Assembly: GCF_964355755.1 (NCBI RefSeq) | Contig: NC_092677.1 | Span: forward strand, 22,679,175 to 22,743,174 | Origin: Antedon mediterranea | Lineage: Eukaryota; Animalia; Echinodermata | Reading direction: 5' to 3' | Length of the DNA: 64,000 nucleotides | Made by a program: the position numbers and the translations under genes | Notes under the pieces: generated by a model | The model's input: the letters and a program-made list of their open reading frames with translations, nothing else | Database searches by the model: none | Told to the model about the DNA's origin: nothing | Shown: positions 50,121 through 63,289 of the stretch, piece after piece | Layout: every line of letters starts with the position of its first letter | Position numbering within the stretch: the stretch's first letter is position 1

Positions 50121-52139
50121 CTTAATACAATACATTTCTTACGTGTCGTGCTGGATAAATAATGACTAACCATGCCGTTTTCAACTATTCGTGAGAGATG
50201 AAAACACGGGTATGGTAATGATGACATGTGAAAATTCTTTAATGTCAAATTTCGTTTATTTTAACAATCTTATCTAGGTTTGATATTAACTTATTTTGAA
50301 CGGAAACGGCGACATTTGACACTATATACATGATGGCAATTGAATAAATGAGTCGGTATGACATAACAGCGGGTGATAACTAAGGACCGTGGGGAGTTAT
50401 TTATCTTGATTTGACGGTGCTGCTTAAATCAGTTATCATCTCATCTATACTCATCCTGCTGACTTAATACACACTATTCGTTTTGGTGTAACTGCTTCTA
50501 TAGAATTTAGACTTCGTACTAATGTTGATGAACCAGGCGTACGGTGGGGGTTGACGTGCTTACATTCCAATCCCAAATTTAGATCCCGGGTTCAATCTTT
50601 ACCTACTAATGTTCCAGGGTCTTCAAGTCTACTGTTATACTAGGCAGAATAGCATTTATCCAATCATCAATTATTGACGCGAATTACTTGCTGCTGCTGG
50701 ATCCCAAAGAAAACAAGGTCTTTAAAAAACCCGATTTAATCAGTATTCTTTTAAAAATGCCAGATGTCTTTTTAATTATGTAGAATATTAAAGTCTCCAA
50801 CTTCCCTAGTAATTTACATTTAAAAACGGTTACTTGTAGAAGAAATATATAAGTTAATATAACATGTTCTAGCCTGAAAATAAGAACTATTGTACAATAA
50901 TTGCAATCTTATTCGGATGCCGGTAGGCCATAATACAATTACAGAAAACGTTACCCCTATACTATACCGACAGAAATATACATTATACAGTTTCAACCAA
51001 TGTAGTTAGTCGGGAAAGAGTGATGTAATGTAATTTCGCTCGTCCCTGATGAATATTAACACAATTTGTATAGATCAGTTTTTAGCGATTTGGTCAAAAT
51101 CATGTTCCTCGCGATTTCTTTTAGAATTTCTAATTTAAAGAATCAGAATCAACTTGATCTTCCATTTGTCTTTTAATTTTTTTTATAACGTATGTTTTCT
51201 CCATAGTCAATTTTTGACTGAAGGATGCCTGATGATGCAAGCCTGGATGTTTTTGAACATTTGTATTAGTAGGTACTAGTCATCATTCTGATACAGTGAT
51301 CTATAGGATGGATGTAGGACTTATAATGTAAAGTGCATTAGGCCTACACCATGTATGTCCAAAGTCGTAGTGATCCTGTACTAAAATCGATTGATTACCC
51401 AATATTAATCGTATTAGGCATATATGCCTGTGATCCAGGGTCGTCACCTAGACCATGGAGGAAAATGCCTAGACCAAGGCTATCTAACAACATGATGCTG
51501 AGCTCCGGAGTACAAACAAATTATCTATGGCTGCGACACGATCAGTTTCATGCCCGTTAACCGACACCGCGTACCGCGGCGGAGAATAATATGTACATTG
51601 TGCGGTACTGATGGACTTGTCGTAGCCAGACATAAGATCAAAGAACTGTTACGAGTTCCTATCGTGGCAAGGTGGGTTCGGTGTCCTGTTGTTAGATAGA
51701 TGCCTTGTCTAGAATCCAGCCGATCGGATCGGGTGTCGAAATTAAAGAAATTGTCCGAAAATTTCCAAACCAATCGTAGATCGTCTCTAATTGAAAACTC
51801 CCTTAAAACAATTCAATCCAAACTAAGCAATGTCTTCTTGCAATTAAAAAACCATCGAATTAAACACAACTGGTTTTATCTCATGGCACTCCACTCATGA
51901 AGTAGAGGATATTAACAAGGCCCGATGCGTATGTGTTGAAACTGTTATTCAATCATATCAAATCGTACAATCATATAAGCATACATTAATATGTATTTTA
52001 ATAAGTGTACAGTATTGCTTTTATGTAACAAAATATAATAGTCATAGCCATACAAAAATTACCATTTATAATGGTCAAGTTGTAAAACACAACTTTAGAG
52101 ACATTATTTAGGCCTCCTATACTATTTTTATTTTATGTA

Positions 52140-52425
52140 TTTAGGCACATGTGGCCAAGGATTACCAATAGTAAATTAATCACTGTCTTACAGGGTAATC
52201 CTGATACAGGGCTATTTTGTGAACCAATTCACCGGGGTATCCTCCATACTCGTCTCGAATGATGAACTGGGTTCTTTAAAGTGCACACGAGTTTTAAATG
52301 TGTACACTGGACCTATGGTTTATAGTCCTTATCCGAGAAGACTTGTTCCACCACCAGAACTAGGAGCGAGTCGGCCTAACCCATGCCGATATCATTGGCT
52401 CTTTAGTATGCTCGGCCATTTGACT
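52140..52425 (-). mobile_element. SINE body with central domain; a further fragment lies at about 53135-53200
   Basis: Inverted match to 31822-32036 plus about 100 bp extra (GGGTTCTTTAAAGTGCAC...GGTTTATAGTCCTTATCCGAGAAGAC). Confidence 0.6.
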
Positions 52426-53252
52426 CGCTATAATTGATTATTTGGGCATTTACATACACGTACTTACATACACGTACTTCGTAAACAAGCTGGGCTTGTA
52501 TAGTACATGTTTATGATATTGATTAATTAATATTAAGTCTAGAATATAAAAATATGTTATTACAGTAGTAGATAGTATAGGCCTATAGGCCTCTGTATTT
52601 CTTTTAATAATAAGAAGCTAATACAGAATTAAACTTTCAACTGCAATTGTGTCAAGTTTAATATAGGGCCTACAGTAGTATTGGTTTCCCTTAAGTTTAA
52701 TAGTCCTAACTCAAATTGTTATAATTAAAAAAACCTGTCTTTAAAATTTAATTACGTATTTTATAACTTATCGAATGAATACAGTAGACATATCTTCACT
52801 GTCAATTGATATTGTTAACAAGCTTGTATTTCTTTCTGACTGTTTTACTTTACCGCTTTGATTGAGCTTTCTGTTTATTTGTATCTACAGTGTCTCTACT
52901 GAAATTCAGTAACAGATACTCACATCGTTATTTTTTTTACTAATTTGTCTTTTGATTTGTAGGCCTAATATAGACCTCCTAATGGGCCTATAATTGGAAA
53001 GAATAATTTAATAATTTGAAAATTCATTTGCAAATATATTTCGTGCTTTTATAACATTATAATAATATAAAATAGTGTCAATATTAAGATGAAAATGTTA
53101 GATTCAAATAACCACGTTTACATTTTAAACTACACATGGGCCTACTCGTCTCGAAAGACTTCTAAGTTGTTCTTTAAAGTGCACACGAACATTTTGTGCA
53201 CAAATATGTCACAAATAAAGTATATTATTCTGTGCATTTTGAAATACCGTGT

Positions 53253-54422
53253 TTACACTCCAATCTCTTCTCTACTTTTCATAACTGGAAAATGAACATC
53301 TTGTAGTTGTTGTTCAGTGTAAACATTCACATACCCTAATGATTGCATTGTTTCGGCACATGTTTTTTGAATTTCAAGTACTGTAGATAAATTTGAATAC
53401 ATCCTCCACGCATGGGCGACGTCCGAAGACTTTTTATTTAGTTTATGATTTTTATGCTCGCATGGGTTCGATTGCGTTTGATTTTTTCTTATTGTATTTT
53501 CAACTATCCATTGCTGTATTCTTTGAGTAAAAGGTATTTGTAAAAAGTCGTATACTTCCCTTGCTGCTTCCATTGGTTGCAACGAAAGATCTTCAAATCG
53601 AACTCGTTTGTAGTTTCCAAGCAACCACTTTGTTTCGCTATCCCATAATTTGATAATTTCATTAACATGTCGACATGTCCAGTGCATGCCAAATAATTTG
53701 TTACTCATAACATATCTTTCATCAAACGTATTCTTACGTGAAAAGTGTATTCCTCTTGGATCACGTACAAGATGGATGATTTTCAGATTGTATTTTCGTA
53801 CTAATTTTTCTAAAAATGTAATGTCAGTTAATTTAATCACTTTAAAAAACTTATATGGATGAGACTGACATGTTTGTGTAACGTTTTCAGGCGTCAGGTC
53901 CGGACACTGCTTGAATTTCCGACGATTACACGGCCCGGGCTTTGCACCTTGAGTAATTTCCGTTGGGCATAGCTTAATAAGTGCGTTACTAGAAACTCGG
54001 TGAAGTATGTCGTTATTAGTCTCTTCAATCCATGTATTTAGTAAACTATTTGTAAAATCACATTTGTACATAGTTTCAAGTACTTTTGTTGTCTCTGCTT
54101 GTTTCACCTTCTCCTGTCCTAGAAATCGTAAAGGTTCAAATAAATAGAAAATGTCATCATGCATATTGAACAACTGGCCGGTGAAAGAAGATCCCGAACG
54201 CCAAGACGCTATTAAAATCACGTTGACTGGTTTTACCGTCTGTTTATGCGTTATAGATTTCTGTGTAGAATCGGTATCTAATTGATAATATCCTAAACTA
54301 TTGTTCCCAATACTTTTTGGCACTGTGTTCCATTGATCAAGAAAAAAGATGTACAAAACCGTAATAAATAATATAAGTAGAATTTTTCGAAGGCTTTTCC
54401 GAAAAAGTTTCAGTCTCATCAT
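53253..54422 (-). CDS. Carbohydrate (Gal/GlcNAc-6-O) sulfotransferase, CHST1/3/5-like, single coding exon, 389 aa
   Basis: First ATG at 54422 (the track ORF starts upstream at a non-ATG codon). Type II membrane anchor ILLILFITVLYIFFL, 5'-PSB motif ASWRSGSSFTGQLF, YLFEPL, 3'-PB motif IIHLVRDPRGIHFSR, and VRFEDL. Confidence 0.9.
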   Translation of the reverse strand: MMRLKLFRKSLRKILLILFITVLYIFFLDQWNTVPKSIGNNSLGYYQLDTDSTQKSITHKQTVKPVNVILIASWRSGSSFTGQLFNMHDDIFYLFEPLRFLGQEKVKQAETTKVLETMYKCDFTNSLLNTWIEETNNDILHRVSSNALIKLCPTEITQGAKPGPCNRRKFKQCPDLTPENVTQTCQSHPYKFFKVIKLTDITFLEKLVRKYNLKIIHLVRDPRGIHFSRKNTFDERYVMSNKLFGMHWTCRHVNEIIKLWDSETKWLLGNYKRVRFEDLSLQPMEAAREVYDFLQIPFTQRIQQWIVENTIRKNQTQSNPCEHKNHKLNKKSSDVAHAWRMYSNLSTVLEIQKTCAETMQSLGYVNVYTEQQLQDVHFPVMKSREEIGV

Positions 54423-55929
54423 GATGGAACAATTTATAACAAATAGTCTTGATCGACTTGATTGACTTCTTATGGTTAGTATGAAGTATAATCGCCTTCT
54501 TTCTTCAACGTGTGTTCTAAAAATACTCAACTAATGATTCCATGTATTGATCTTAAATCCCAACTTTGCAAAAATTGTACTCCCATATGCCAATAGTCTA
54601 GGGTTGTGACCTTCATCAACGTCTCAACCATCATAATTATTTCTCTACCGATAATCCATCTTGCGTCAAGCTGCTATCTGTGTATTAAATATAGTCTCAT
54701 TTAGAATATAACTTGTATTAAATGTGTATATGTCCATGATGGTCATATAGGCTATATATTTCAACCTCCATACATGTGTGTTTTTGTTTAAATCAATTTA
54801 AGGGTGGGGCTACGTGTATTTTCAGAGCATAATTATTCTTTACCATGGTCAATCTATTTCTGTAAATTATTTAGTTATAGGCCTACAGTATGTGATTGAA
54901 ATAACTCATTGTTGTCGATACAAAGATAGATAACCTTGCATTTACCTATATTTACTACTGTGCTTTATGACGTCACTCTCTTGTCGGTTACCGTACCTCT
55001 TTCCATGTCTGTGTCTTCCAATCCATGTAATATGTTCATCTAGAATTCCAACATTTACTGTAAACGATTTCTTATTTGTCGATAATTCTGGTTTCTTCTC
55101 CCCAACATTGTAATGGAAATTTACTTCCACCTAGAGATCTCGGCTACCATCTTCAATGTCTTCAAAAGGTCCAACAACAACAATGATGATCACTGCGTGT
55201 GTCGCTCCAGTAGTGTTAATAGGTTATGAATGAAAATTTACCATCTCAGAGATACAAAAAACTATTAGTAGGCCTGTGATAGAAAAAAGTGCGTTATTAT
55301 AGATCTTAATGTACACTAGCAAAAAGACTGAACAATTAAAACATTTAGAGTAGGCATTATCCTCCATATCTGTAATAAACATAAATTTAGCTGATATGCC
55401 TACCAGGTGATACCAATCAATTATTTATATGTTCATTGCATATGCAATTTAAGTCTATTTATTGTGGGCTTCTACTACTAACTTAAATCAGAAGATCCTT
55501 GATATAAAATTATATGAATAAAAACAATTACCTACCTGCAGATGTAATGAAACGAAATAACAGTTGTAATCATTATTGTTACTGGCAATGCAACAATAGC
55601 GTTGATACAACCATTATTTTGATCCTACAACATCCTGCTTGCTCAGCAGTTATATAATAATGATCTAAAATTATTATTGATTGAGCTATTAGATCGGTGC
55701 CGTGTGGGGGCGCTAGTATATTTTAATTGTAGTTCAGAAGATTGGCAAAAGTGGACACTTTTGGTATGTTGACATTATTGACATCATGAACAATGTTATA
55801 GGCCTGGCCTAGATGTTAAAACCTCCAGCTAATGCAGAAACACCAACAGCTTATGTAGTACAAACAAACCTATGTCTGAATTATGTACAAATGCAAAAAA
55901 ATCTTTACTTAGCTATCATGAGTCTATGC

Positions 55930-56700
55930 ATCTCTCGAAAGCGACCGACTTTCAAAAAGCGGCCATCTCGAAAGCGACCACCTCGTTAGGTGGTCCTTTA
56001 AAAGAGGTGGTCACTAAACTATATAAAGTGGTAGTTGTGGTTAATAGAAGTTGTCGTTTACGAGAGGTGATGGTCCTAAAAGAGATGGTATATACAAGTG
56101 GTAGTGGTAGTTTAAGAGATGTGGTCTTTCGTTTTAAAGAAAGTTGCTCGATTATGAGAAGCGATCGCCTTATTAAAGGAGGTGGTCGTTTAAAAGAGGA
56201 GGTGGTGGTGGTCAGTATTAAGAGAGATGGTGGATACGAGACATGGCTTTATGAGAGATCCTTACAGGAGGTGGTCACTTAACAGAGGTGGTGGTTTTTA
56301 AAAGAGGTGGTCGGTTACGAGAGGTAGTAAATTATTAAAAGCGGTCCCATATGAAAGGAGGTGGTCGTTTAAGAGAGGTGGTCGCCTACCAGAGGTGGTC
56401 GTTATGAAATATGGTCGAATTCGATAGGACGGTCGGTTATGACAGTCCAGAGGTGGTGGTTCTTTAAAAGAGGTGGTCACTTACGAGCGGTAGTGGTCGT
56501 AAAGAGAGGTGGTCGCTTACGAGATAAGTCGATTATGAGAAGCGATCCCTTTGAGAGGAAGTGGTCGCTTACGAGATGTAGTCGATTATGAGAAGCGATC
56601 CCTTATGAGAGGAAGTGGTCGCTTACATAAGGTGGTTGATTATAAGACGCGGTCTCTTGCGAGAGGTGTTGTCGATTATGAGAATCGGTTTCCTAAGGTA
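55930..56700. repeat. Degenerate GAGGTGGTCGCTTA array, probably the expanded arm of a MITE
   Basis: Many AGAGGTGGTCG(C/T)TTA modules, with inverted AGCGACCACCTC modules at 55938-55985. Confidence 0.7.
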
Positions 56701-57999
56701 GATGGTGCGTTTTGAGTGTGTACGTCAGAGATGGGGCAATACCAAGTGGGTTGTCTCGTATTCAAGGCGCTACATAACATCGCCCCAGATTATTTGGCAG
56801 CGCGGCTCTCCTTTGTAAGATTTTACGATTTACATAATATGTAAATATTATTGTGATTAGAAAAACGTTCTTAGTACCATTATAAAGCTAAAATTGTTAC
56901 GATTCTTTCATTCAGAGCACATAGAAAGTTTCAATCAACAATCAAGTAAAAACATTGAAATTGGCTTTCTAAATGCAGAGGGGATGAGCTGTTAGGAGCT
57001 CATTTTACTAAGCCTGGACATTGTGGTAGGGGTGGCCAGTTAGTTTCCATGCCGCCTTATCCTCCAGGTACACATTTACAGCTGATAATTAGACTGGAAG
57101 TTGCCCGGTATCTCTGTATGATGGTAAAGATAGGACATTGACTTTTAAAATAAAATATGATTACCTCATATAAAAATGGAAAATGAATTAATTTAATTCC
57201 ACTATGACACGTTAATGTGCGTCATATTAATTCCATACATGGTACCATGGTATAATAAAGTAGGGCCTATACGTAGTGTAATATAGTGTTGCGTTGTTGA
57301 GGTACTAATGAAGACTCTTACTCGCTTGACTGTCGTAACACATATATTGTTTATTCAGTATAATACTTCAGTACAATATACAACTATAAGTATAGATAAG
57401 GAACGGAGGATCAATGATGCTGTCGGTGAGGTGTGAAGTGTGTAGGTCTGCTTCTGAAGAAGTGGCTGTGAGGTGTAGATGTTCTTCTGAAGAGGTGGCT
57501 GTAAGGTGTGTCTGGGCCCTTCTGAAACTTGGGAGTATATTGGCTCAGTTCATTTGCATAATGTCATTACATCATTTATGGAGCTAATGATTGGTCCTAA
57601 GTTGGTCCAGGGGTGTTTAAGTGGGAATGATTGATCTTATCTGGGGAGGTTACAATGATGAATTGGCCCTGTCGAATCTCTGCTTAACAACTGTCAATAT
57701 CTAATTGTTTTACGATGGGAACAGTCACAAAGTTAAGCTAAGTGTTTTCTTTAGGGATTCTATTATAAACTAAATGGTCATTAAAACATCTGGACAAACT
57801 CTCCTCTGGACTTTCTGGGTCAAGTTTGTGAACCTATTTGAATTCCGATACAAAGGTCAATTTCTTAAATATAAAAGTATATCGTTATATTACAGTAGGC
57901 CTATTTATTTAAAATGTTATTGTTAGGTAAGATTTGGCTGGCTATTTCTTTATTTAATTCTCAATTAATCAGTGTGAATATATTCTCAATAACTATCTG

Positions 58000-59356
58000 T
58001 TAATTCTTCTTTGCTAGCAACACAAGTGTATCATGTCGTATGTACTTATTTCCTCGACTGTTAACGGGAAAGTTCTTGAAGCACCATTCAGTAGCATCTT
58101 GAAGAATTTCAGAGCGATACTGCTCAGGCACATACTCTATTTGATCAACGAGTGAACTTACACATCCTGAAATGTAATTAGTTGTTTTTTTAAGAAGTGT
58201 AATCACTGAAGATCAAATCGGGTCAAAATTGCAAGAAGCTGACATCTATTGGAATACACAGAAATAATTGGAATAAATGTAATAATATGTACACACATGT
58301 TAATATTCAAATAGGCTTACCTCGTAGCTCATCTTTACTAAATATATCATGCTCGTCGCAGGGTGTATGCAGGTGTCCTTTGACCTCACCAAAGCCTACC
58401 GACTTCAACAAACTTACGTTTTCTTTCAGAGTTAGTGAGTAATATTTATTCTCGTACCCCTACAAGAAAAATAATATCTTATATCTTATCGACATTTTAT
58501 TTATTTTTAGTTTCTAATTATATTAGCATGGCTTTTAAATAACAAATTACAGTACGCATACAGTACGTGTGCTATTTTACCTTAAGATGGTGCTTCCATT
58601 TAATATGATTCTTCAAGTAATATGGAAGTTCATCGTCGTTATTCCCACGCAGTTGATTATTTGGTCCAACATAAAGAATAAAACACTCGCCACCTTCGCT
58701 CAAGCAGTCATATATATTCTGGAAAACCTGTCTTTTGTTTTTTACCCAATGCAGTACATAAGCAGAAACGATCTTGCTGAATTTGCCTTTCCAGTGTGGA
58801 TGTGTCTCCAGGCAGTTTGAGATGTCTGCAATTTCATAAGATACATTCGTAGCTTTGTGGATCTGTCTGGCGAATTCAATCATTTCTTTTGATTTGTCAA
58901 AACCTAAAACGAGATTCAAGAATAGTCAAAATACTGCCCAAAAGACCAAATATCAGAAGAAATATGATTGAAAACAACAATCTATTAGAAATTATTTACT
59001 GAAAATTGATAATCAAACCCACCCTGAATTTGTGATATGTCATTATTTGTTGACCTAACTTGTATAGGATTTCTAGTAAACATTTTTGGTAAACTTTTGA
59101 CACAAAAAAAAACGGTTTATTGGAAAACATCCTAGGTTTAGAATTTCTCCCACCCCAACGGTCACAATACGTCGTACTTACCAAAAGCTAACTTAGCTTC
59201 CTTGCTCAATCTATAAACTAGCTCTCCAGTGCCACATCCAAAATCTAATATTTTGTCATTGTCGTTGATCGACATATATTTGTGCAAATACATTCTGTAG
59301 CCAGCTTCCATCATTCGTCTGTTTTTAGAGTAAAGACTAGCTTCTGAAGAATTCAT
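58000..59356 (-). CDS. Class I SAM-dependent methyltransferase, juvenile hormone acid O-methyltransferase (JHAMT)-like, about 267 aa
   Basis: Exons 59356-59182, 58903-58581, 58459-58321, 58166-58000 splice in frame. Motif I ILDFGCGTG, GFDKSKEMIEFA, ADI, SAYVLHWV, IYDCLSEGG. The last acceptor could alternatively lie at 58206. Confidence 0.82.
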
Positions 59357-59999
59357 CTTGAAGAGAAGTTGACCAATCTAATTACAACGTTTATCACTGT
59401 GAAAATAGTCGCTATATGTGAGTTAGGTCAGATTCTACCATTTATAGGGTTAACAGAGTACAGAGGTATATCTTCCAAACTATAACTACTTGTTACTGGT
59501 AGTAGTAAGTTACATAAACTTACTGTATGTGTACGTCATCGACCGCAGTTTTATTGAAATAAAGTATAGTTGAAATATGACTTTTTTCGCAGTATAATTC
59601 AAAATCTTTATCCCGCTTATTTCCATCCAGCCCTGAAAAACCTATATTTTATTATGAGGATATAAAATATTAGAACTATAATAAATACGATTTTATTATG
59701 ACCACTAGTTGAAAGGTAAACGTATATTGATTTATATTATATTTAACTTTTAAGACAATAACAAAATACGAATACAAGAAAACGTGTTATTGAATATTGT
59801 AGGTCAATTAATAGTGAATACAATATTGACATTGATATTAAGGTTATTAATTTAATAAATATGGCGTAGTTACTTTAATATAAATTTGTAATCAATTTAG
59901 GAATACATGTTACATAATTGAATATGGATACTATAATGGTACGGTACTTTAAGGACAAAAAAAAATATTCTTATTGAAAGAAAAAAACAGTAGAACTGA

Positions 60000-60315
60000 T
60001 CATGACCCACTAAGAAAGCATCGCTCTAAACCATTGCGAATTTCTATAAGGCAACTGTTTTGATAAATTTAAAAAAAAAATAAAAAAAAAAAAAAAATCT
60101 GCTGACCAACCATTGGAGTTGGTGAATGGAGTATGATCATAGCCGAATTTTATTATCTTTAGCCAAATCTGCGTTGGAAAGGTTCCAGAAGAAAACTTAA
60201 CAAGATCATATACAGGGTTGCAGTCGCGTTCTCAAATTTGAGTTAGTGTACACCGACCATCCGACCAACCGACCAACATAGTGAGTTGTAGAGTCGCGTT
60301 GTATGTGACTAAAAC
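60000..60315 (-). mobile_element. Partial Helentron/HINE-like 5' end
   Basis: Minus strand reads TTTTAGTCACATACAACGCGACTCTA followed by a (GGTC/GGTT)n microsatellite. Confidence 0.4.
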
Positions 60316-60812
60316 ACTAGTTAAAGGATTCAGTAAACATTGCTAAGTGGCTTTTATACATTTGGTTATTACGCATAAGTATTTTTGCAAGTTACCTAGA
60401 TATTTCGTCATGTTGTTGTATTTGACCATTACATTGGAAAGGGGTTGATAAAAACAGTGACACGATTGAAACGGATAGTCCCAATGTACTAATCTGCACT
60501 TCCATGTGTTTGGAGCCACATTCATCAGTTTGGATGAGAACAAGTGTCACCTTGCAGTATAATGAATATAGGGAGCGAAAAGTACAAGAATGATATGAGC
60601 TGGTAACAGAGGGTGGATTTTCAGAATGCAAGGCCAACAAGGAGAAATGATGTTCTTCTATGTCAATCACAAAGAAGCTTATACGCTTATACATGAAAGT
60701 TGATGATATTCTCCAACATCAACCGTACTAAAGTATGGACGATGCATAGTATAGTGTACGGGGCGCCGTTCGGGACATTACTCATTTTGTCGACATAATA
60801 CAATGTGACACA

Positions 60813-61331
60813 TAATTACCTTCGCCAAGGAGGTTATATTTTCACCCCTGTATGTGTGTGTGTGTATCCGATTCTCACCAAATTTTGCCACAATGATCTA
60901 TGCCCCAAAAGCTCGGACGAGTTCGATTTTGAGGGGAAAATGTCATAGGTCACAACTAACAAAAAACTATTTTACTGCCTAGAGACCACAGTTTTTATCC
61001 GATTCTCAAATTAAGCCACAATGATCAATGACTCATCATATAATTGTGGTTACATTTTGAAGGGTCAGGGTCAAAGATCAAGGTCCACAAAAAAAAAAAA
61101 TAAAAAAAAAATAATAATAAAAAAAAAAACCTCAGCGGAACTTGAACCAGCGATCTCAACTGTGAGAGGCTGGATACATAACTATTACACCAAACTCTCA
61201 TCAAAAACTTGTAGTGTGCAGTTAGCCTATTTATACTTAGAGTAAATAAATATATGTTTTTTGCCGGGGACATTTTATGTAGGGGAATTTACAGTAGGCG
61301 GAGGTTTGTACACTCGGAGTACCCTCTAGTT
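60813..61331 (+). mobile_element. Helentron/HINE (DINE-like) non-autonomous element
   Basis: 5' ATTACCTTCGCCAAGGAGGTTAT, then (TG)n. 3' GGCGGAGGT subterminal repeat, short hairpin and CTAGTT end. Confidence 0.7.
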
Positions 61332-61843
61332 GAATTTTGTGTCGACAGAATTAATTCTATTTAGACAAAATCTATTCTGTGTCGACAAAATTCATTTTGT
61401 ATAGACAAATAAGACACGTATGTTGGTGGTGAACAACCACGTTGTTCAGTTATTTATAAGGAGATTGTATCAGGTACTAATAGTAATACAGTAGTATATA
61501 AAACGTACCTTTTATATCAATGTTTTTGTAACGACAATTTAGAGAAAGAAACTATGAAATTGCAATATCGGAACCTGCATCATTACACTTTAAATGCGTG
61601 TCGTTCTTTTCAGTATCGGTCATCAAATTTTATTTTAATAAGACTTTCATAATTTTTTTAGACTGTTGCTTAAATAATCTGTTCTTGTATTCATGGTAAA
61701 TAAATTAATTTTAAAGTGTTAGTGTTAGTAAGGTCAGTGAAATAAAATTAATATAACTGTCATAATCTTTGAGGCTCCATTAAAAACTCCGCCTTCTAAT
61801 TTGCATGTTAAAATGTTCTGTCTCACACTTGAGTAGGCTCAGC

Positions 61844-62020
61844 ACACAAAATGAATTTTGTCGACACAAAATGAATTTTGTCGACACAAAATGAATTTTG
61901 TCGACACAAAATGAATTTTGTCGACACTGAATGAATTTTGTCGACACAAAATGAATTTTGTCGACACAAAATGAATTTTGTTGGCACAAAAGGATTTTTT
62001 CGTCTCAAAATGAATTTGTT
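61844..62020. repeat. 20-bp tandem repeat, about 7 copies; degenerate inverted copies at 61332-61410
   Basis: Unit CACAAAATGAATTTTGTCGA. Confidence 0.9.
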
Positions 62021-62498
62021 TGTCTCAGTTAGCTAGTCATGTAGACTTATAATTTCGTCTCATTTATCAATAGGGGCCTATATATATATTCTCAATTTTT
62101 TTAGCAGCTCAACCTTAATAGTATCCAAAATCAAGTAGTATACGTATGAAACACCATATGTGCCAAAATATTTATATTTTTACTAATGTTAAGACAAAAC
62201 TCCGTCTGGAACCCTGAGTAGGCTGGTCCTGGAGACATATATATTTTGTTTCTTTTTTCGAAATACTATAATCCTGGTTCCTAACAACTCTATTTTTCTA
62301 CATGTTCTTATAGCTCCATCCTCGGTGTGCTGTTTCTAGCTTCACTCGCATAGCTATAATGTCGTGGAAACGACACTATGTCTCTGGCCACAGCATTGAG
62401 GTCGTTTCCACGACATTACCAGATGTAGGGAGAGGAAACTATGACAATAGTAGGCCTACTGGGTCACTTTAGTTTTGTTTCAATCAGTGTTTTTTTTT

Positions 62499-63289
62499 CG
62501 CCGTGGTTAGGATTCCGGCACCGGAACTCAACTGCCCAGCGTTAGGGAATCCGACACGCTATTGCGCATGCCCAGAGCGAGGTATCGGCGACTCTATACT
62601 TATCAACAGCGATGGATCATTAGCTGCGCCACACGACGAACTAGCCTAGATGCCTACTAATACGGGATCCACTAATCTAGGCTAGGGCTACCAGTTAGAC
62701 GTGACCAGTGGGCCTATTTATTTTGTAATTAAAAAGTGGTTGCTTTATTCATATATAAACTTCATATCATTATGAATTATAATAATTACATGACTAGTTA
62801 ATTTTTTATGATTTTTCATAACGCATTATACTGTACATAACAACAGGGAGTTGTCCCTGATAACAACATGCAATCACAAGTTGGATGTGAAAAAACTGTT
62901 CGGGAAGTCAGGGTCGCAACGCTAAAAACAGCATTACGAATCTTAGATAGAAACTGATACTTATTAATATCATTATAATTATTTTAACGCGTGGCGTAGT
63001 CGTATTTTAATTATTAATTCATGTATGGCATAGGCAAAGTTTCATCCATCGCTCTCTCCTTCGCGCAACGACTATCTAGGCTACAGTAATCCCTATAACA
63101 CTCCGACTCTCGGTGGTGTGGTGTGTGTGTGGCACTCTATAAGTGCAAGCTATAATCAAAGATAATAAAAGGATTTATTTATATTCTTTGCTATAATTCA
63201 CTTCCCAGAGCTATGGGCATGCGCAATAGCGTGTCGGATTCCCTAACGGTGGGCAGTTGAGTTCCGGTGCCGGAATCCTAACCACGGCG
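62499..63289. mobile_element. Young non-autonomous DNA transposon with TIRs of about 80 bp, inserted in a poly-T tract
   Basis: CGCCGTGGTTAGGATTCCGGCACCGGAACTCAACTGCCCA...GCGCATGCCCA(G/T)AGC is inverted with about 2 mismatches. T9 on the left, T11 on the right. Confidence 0.88.

Noticed and set aside
54942-55130. 62-aa minus-strand ORF bounded by AG and GT as an extra coding exon of the sulfotransferase
   Set aside because: No recognisable motif, and the sulfotransferase already has a complete N-terminus; it may be UTR.
55872-56480. ORFs in the GAGGTGGTC region (also 61780-62008)
   Set aside because: They are translations of tandem repeats.
57331-57718. Possible solo LTR (TGTCGTAA...TTACGATG)
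   Set aside because: The right terminus is not CA and no TSD was found, so support is insufficient.
60343-60720. Cys-containing ORFs as a PAN- or ZP-like gene
   Set aside because: Only faint resemblance, with stops in the candidate plus-strand frames; at most a decayed fragment.
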